Positions 29,138 to 32,000 of a stretch of DNA of 32,000 nt are shown piece by piece. The DNA is from Alkalilimnicola ehrlichii MLHE-1. Lineage in GTDB: Bacteria > Pseudomonadota > Gammaproteobacteria > Nitrococcales > Halorhodospiraceae. Each line of letters starts with the position of its first letter. Position 1 is the stretch's first letter. Below the pieces are notes generated by a model. That model did no database searches, was not told the DNA's origin, and worked only from the letters and a program-made list of their open reading frames with translations. The stretch covers positions 1,680,001-1,712,000 of the forward strand of contig NC_008340.1 of assembly GCF_000014785.1 (NCBI RefSeq). The letters are read 5' to 3'. A program made the translations under genes and the position numbers.

Positions 29138-31184
29138 ACTGGCCCGGGCACAGGAGGCCTGCGCCCGCGAGCCGGTGCATATCCCCGGGGCGGTGCAACC
29201 CTCCGGGTGTCTGGTCAGCCTTGACCAGCGGTTGCGACGTCTTCTGCAGGCCAGCGCCAACCTGCACCGGTTTTTCGGTGTAACTCCCGAGCAGGCGCTG
29301 GCTTCCGACCCCAAGGCCCTCCTGGGGCGGCATCTGCTTCGCCGGATCAGCGCCTCGCTGCCGCAGGCTCCGCTCCAGCCAGTGAGCCTGGTAGCGGGTA
29401 TGCGCCTGCGGGGGAGGAACCGGCGCTTTCGAACCACGGCCTATCGAAGCGGGGAGCGGGTGGTGCTCGAATTCGAGGCGCTTTCCGGTCCCGATACCCA
29501 AACGCTGTTCCCCGCGATGGGGGACTGGTTGTCGCACCTGGCCGGAGCCCGCACGGCGGGGGCGCTCCTGGAGACCCTCGTCGCGGCGGCGCGGGATCTC
29601 ACCGGACACGAGCGGGCGATGGTCTACCAGTTCGATCCCGACTGGCATGGCTGCGTGGTGGCCGAGAGCCGGTGCGAGCATATGGACAGCTATCTATCGC
29701 ACCACTTCCCGGCCAGCGATATCCCGCCACAGGTACGGCAGCTCTACGACGTTAATCCGGTTCGTAGCATCCCCGATGCCCCGGCCGCTCCGGTGCCATT
29801 AGTACCGACAGAGGACCCACTGGACCAGCACCCGCTGGACCTTTCCGCCGGTGTGTTGCGGGCCGTCTCGCCGATCCACCAGGCCTATCTACACAACATG
29901 GGCGTGAAGTCGGCCCTGTCCGTGGCCATTCGGGACGATGCCGAGGGTCTTTGGGGGCTGCTTGCGTGTCATGGACAGGAGGCGCGCTCCCTGCCTCCCA
30001 CCCTGCGCGATGCGGTCCTGGCCTTAGTGCAAGTGGCTCAATCCCGTTTGATGCTGCTCAATGCCCAGCGCAATGCCCGCTATCAGCGGAGAGTAAGGGC
30101 TTGTCGCGCCCGCCTCGTGCTGGAACGCCGGCCACGGGCAACCCGGTTGTCGGAACTGGTGGCGGATCATGGGGCGGATTGGCTGACGCTTTTCCGGGCG
30201 TGTGGTATCGCCCTGGCCTATCGCGGTCAGTATCACACCTTCGGCACGGCACCACCCGACCGGACGCTGGCAGCCTTGGTGCAGGGCCTGGTCAGGTTGG
30301 CGCCCAGGGATGCATCCTGGAGCTGGCACTCTCCGGACGACTGGCCGGTGGCGGCCGAACTCCCGCGCGGGCGCTGCTGCGGTCTGTTGGCCGCACCGGT
30401 GCTGGTGGATTCGGAGCAGCCGGCGTTTCTGCTCTTCTTTCGGGCCGAGAACGTTCAAACCCGGCTTTGGGCAGGCCGGCCTGAGGCCCTCTGGGGCGCC
30501 GAGAAGGTCGCCGCCCCCCTCACCCCCCGCCATTCCTTCGCGGCCTGGCGCGAGGAGGTCCGCGGCCACAGCGCGCCATGGCGTGATATCGAGCGAGAGG
30601 CGGTCCTGGACCTGGCCGACGAAGTGGCCGTGCTGCTCTCCAGAAAGGAGATCGACCTGCTCAATGCCCAGTTGACCGAGGCCAACCGGCGGCTGAAGCG
30701 CCAGGCCACCACCGATTCACTCACCGGCGTCTGGAACCGCTACCGCATGCAGGAGCAGATCGAGCTGGAGCGCGGCGCCCACGAGCGGTATGGCACCCCC
30801 TGTTCGTTGCTGCTCTTCGACATCGATCATTTCAAGGCCGTCAACGACCAGTATGGGCACGAGGCCGGCGACCAAGTCCTGGTCGCCCTGGCCCGCGCGG
30901 TGGTGGGGGAACTCCGGGCCACCGATTTTCTCGGTCGCTGGGGCGGTGAGGAGTTCATCGTGCTGGCCACGAACAGTGCCCCGGAGGAGGCATGGACCCT
31001 GGCCGAGCGGCTGCGACAGTGCATCGCCGGGCTGCGGTTTCCCGGCGTGGGACCGGTCACCATCAGTGTGGGGGTGGCATCGCTGAGCCGCGGGGATACG
31101 GTGGATCGCCTGATCGACCGCGCAGACCGGGCGATGTACCGGGCTAAGCAGCGCGGCCGTAATCGGGTGGAGCAGGCCGAATGA
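29115..31184 (+). CDS. bphP: Bacteriophytochrome photoreceptor fused to a GGDEF diguanylate cyclase (PAS-GAF-PHY-GGEEF)
   Basis: The internal ATG 29115 of ORF 28926..31184 is preceded by AAGGAGAG. Biliverdin Cys16 in QEACAREPVHIPGAVQPSG. GAF motifs FPASDIPPQVRQLY and SPIHQAYLHNMGVKSALSVAI. PHY tongue LTPRHSFAAWREEVRGHSAPW. GGDEF domain DIDHFKAVNDQYGHEAGDQVL and RWGGEEFIV, with an RATD I-site 5 aa upstream. Confidence 0.92.
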   Translation: MAPTDPSELARAQEACAREPVHIPGAVQPSGCLVSLDQRLRRLLQASANLHRFFGVTPEQALASDPKALLGRHLLRRISASLPQAPLQPVSLVAGMRLRGRNRRFRTTAYRSGERVVLEFEALSGPDTQTLFPAMGDWLSHLAGARTAGALLETLVAAARDLTGHERAMVYQFDPDWHGCVVAESRCEHMDSYLSHHFPASDIPPQVRQLYDVNPVRSIPDAPAAPVPLVPTEDPLDQHPLDLSAGVLRAVSPIHQAYLHNMGVKSALSVAIRDDAEGLWGLLACHGQEARSLPPTLRDAVLALVQVAQSRLMLLNAQRNARYQRRVRACRARLVLERRPRATRLSELVADHGADWLTLFRACGIALAYRGQYHTFGTAPPDRTLAALVQGLVRLAPRDASWSWHSPDDWPVAAELPRGRCCGLLAAPVLVDSEQPAFLLFFRAENVQTRLWAGRPEALWGAEKVAAPLTPRHSFAAWREEVRGHSAPWRDIEREAVLDLADEVAVLLSRKEIDLLNAQLTEANRRLKRQATTDSLTGVWNRYRMQEQIELERGAHERYGTPCSLLLFDIDHFKAVNDQYGHEAGDQVLVALARAVVGELRATDFLGRWGGEEFIVLATNSAPEEAWTLAERLRQCIAGLRFPGVGPVTISVGVASLSRGDTVDRLIDRADRAMYRAKQRGRNRVEQAE

Positions 31185-31288
31185 GCTCGATCGTGGCTCT
31201 GGGCAGTGATCGCTGGCCGCCGCCCTTGTACTTCCGGCGGGGAACAGCGATCATCCCCGGGGTCTAACACTTCCTGCCCAGGCGATTC

Positions 31289-32000
31289 ATGTTGTTCGAG
31301 ACCAGCCCGGCCAACCAGGGCGAACATCGCTGTACGCTGGTTGCCAGCGACGGGACCCGCCTTGCCTACCAGATCCGGCCCACCAGCGGCCGCCGCCGGG
31401 GCGTACTGGTCGCACTGCACGGACTGAGCAGCAACATGAGTCGCTGGGCTGAGTTCAGCGCCCAGACTCGCCTGACCCGCAACTGGGAGATTATCCGCAC
31501 CGATCTGCGCGGCCACGGCCAGTCCCTGGACTGGCGGCCGGTGGACCTGGGGCGCTGGTGCCGGGACCTGCTCTCATTGCTGGACACGGAAGGGCACCAG
31601 CGCGCAGTGCTGGTGGGCCACTGCCTGGGCGCCGCGGTGGCGGCGGAGTTTGCGCGCCGCCACCCGGACCGGGTTCAGGGCTTGGTCCTGGTGGAGCCCC
31701 TGTTGCCAGAGGCGCTGCCCGCGCGGCTGCAACGCTATTACCGCTGGCGCGGCCTGCTCCGGCCGCTGCTGGCCGCGGCCCATGCCGCCTACGCCGTGGG
31801 GCTGCACCGGCGTCGCTACCGCAGCGTGGACCTGGTGGCGCTCGACCGCGCGGCCCGCGAGCGCATGGCCCAGGAGGGGGGGGCGGATGTCATCCGCAAG
31901 AGCCACGGCCGCCCCCTGGACGACATGCGACGCATGCCCTGGGCGCTCTATGTGGAGGCCCTGCTGGCCACGGTGGGGCTGCCGGGCGATCGTCTGGCGG
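31289..32000 (+). CDS. Alpha/beta-fold hydrolase (C-terminus beyond window), Cys in the nucleophile elbow
   Basis: Open frame from ATG 31289 to the window end; it is absent from the ORF track because it has no stop. VLVALHGLSSN (oxyanion HG), TDLRGHGQS, and elbow LVGHCLGAAVA with Cys112 (TGC 31622-31624) where Ser is usual. Confidence 0.75.
   Translation, partial: MLFETSPANQGEHRCTLVASDGTRLAYQIRPTSGRRRGVLVALHGLSSNMSRWAEFSAQTRLTRNWEIIRTDLRGHGQSLDWRPVDLGRWCRDLLSLLDTEGHQRAVLVGHCLGAAVAAEFARRHPDRVQGLVLVEPLLPEALPARLQRYYRWRGLLRPLLAAAHAAYAVGLHRRRYRSVDLVALDRAARERMAQEGGADVIRKSHGRPLDDMRRMPWALYVEALLATVGLPGDRLA

Overview
High-GC (about 65-70% by eye) gammaproteobacterial chromosome segment, possibly from an Ectothiorhodospiraceae-like sulfur oxidiser (a guess). 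Most of it is conserved housekeeping synteny. This includes tex plus a DEAH helicase; pncC-recA-recX-alaS-lysC-csrA-tRNA-Ser(GCU)-tRNA-Arg(ACG) on the minus strand; mutS-fdxA divergent from pncC; and dsbC-xerD, an SPFH protein, rlmM and sufE. The right-hand third holds a lipoprotein alpha/beta hydrolase, a Tat-signal type II sulfide:quinone oxidoreductase with a small membrane protein, a bphO/bacteriophytochrome-GGDEF operon and a second hydrolase cut by the window edge. I call 27 CDS (one tentative), 2 tRNAs, 3 intrinsic terminators, 1 strong sigma70-type promoter and a ~740 bp array of GC-rich hairpin repeats. The best candidate for something undescribed is the ~5.5 kb block at 4502-9908, wedged between the helicase and the 3' end of tRNA-Arg. 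There, a WYL-domain (YafY/CapW/BrxR-like) regulator is transcribed divergently from a two-gene operon. That operon encodes an ATP-grasp ligase and a ~675 aa protein whose C-terminal part carries a papain-like Q-x5-C...H...D/N signature. A 119 aa unknown protein abuts it tail-to-tail with zero intergenic bases. All functional assignments come from motif recognition by eye; no database search was possible.
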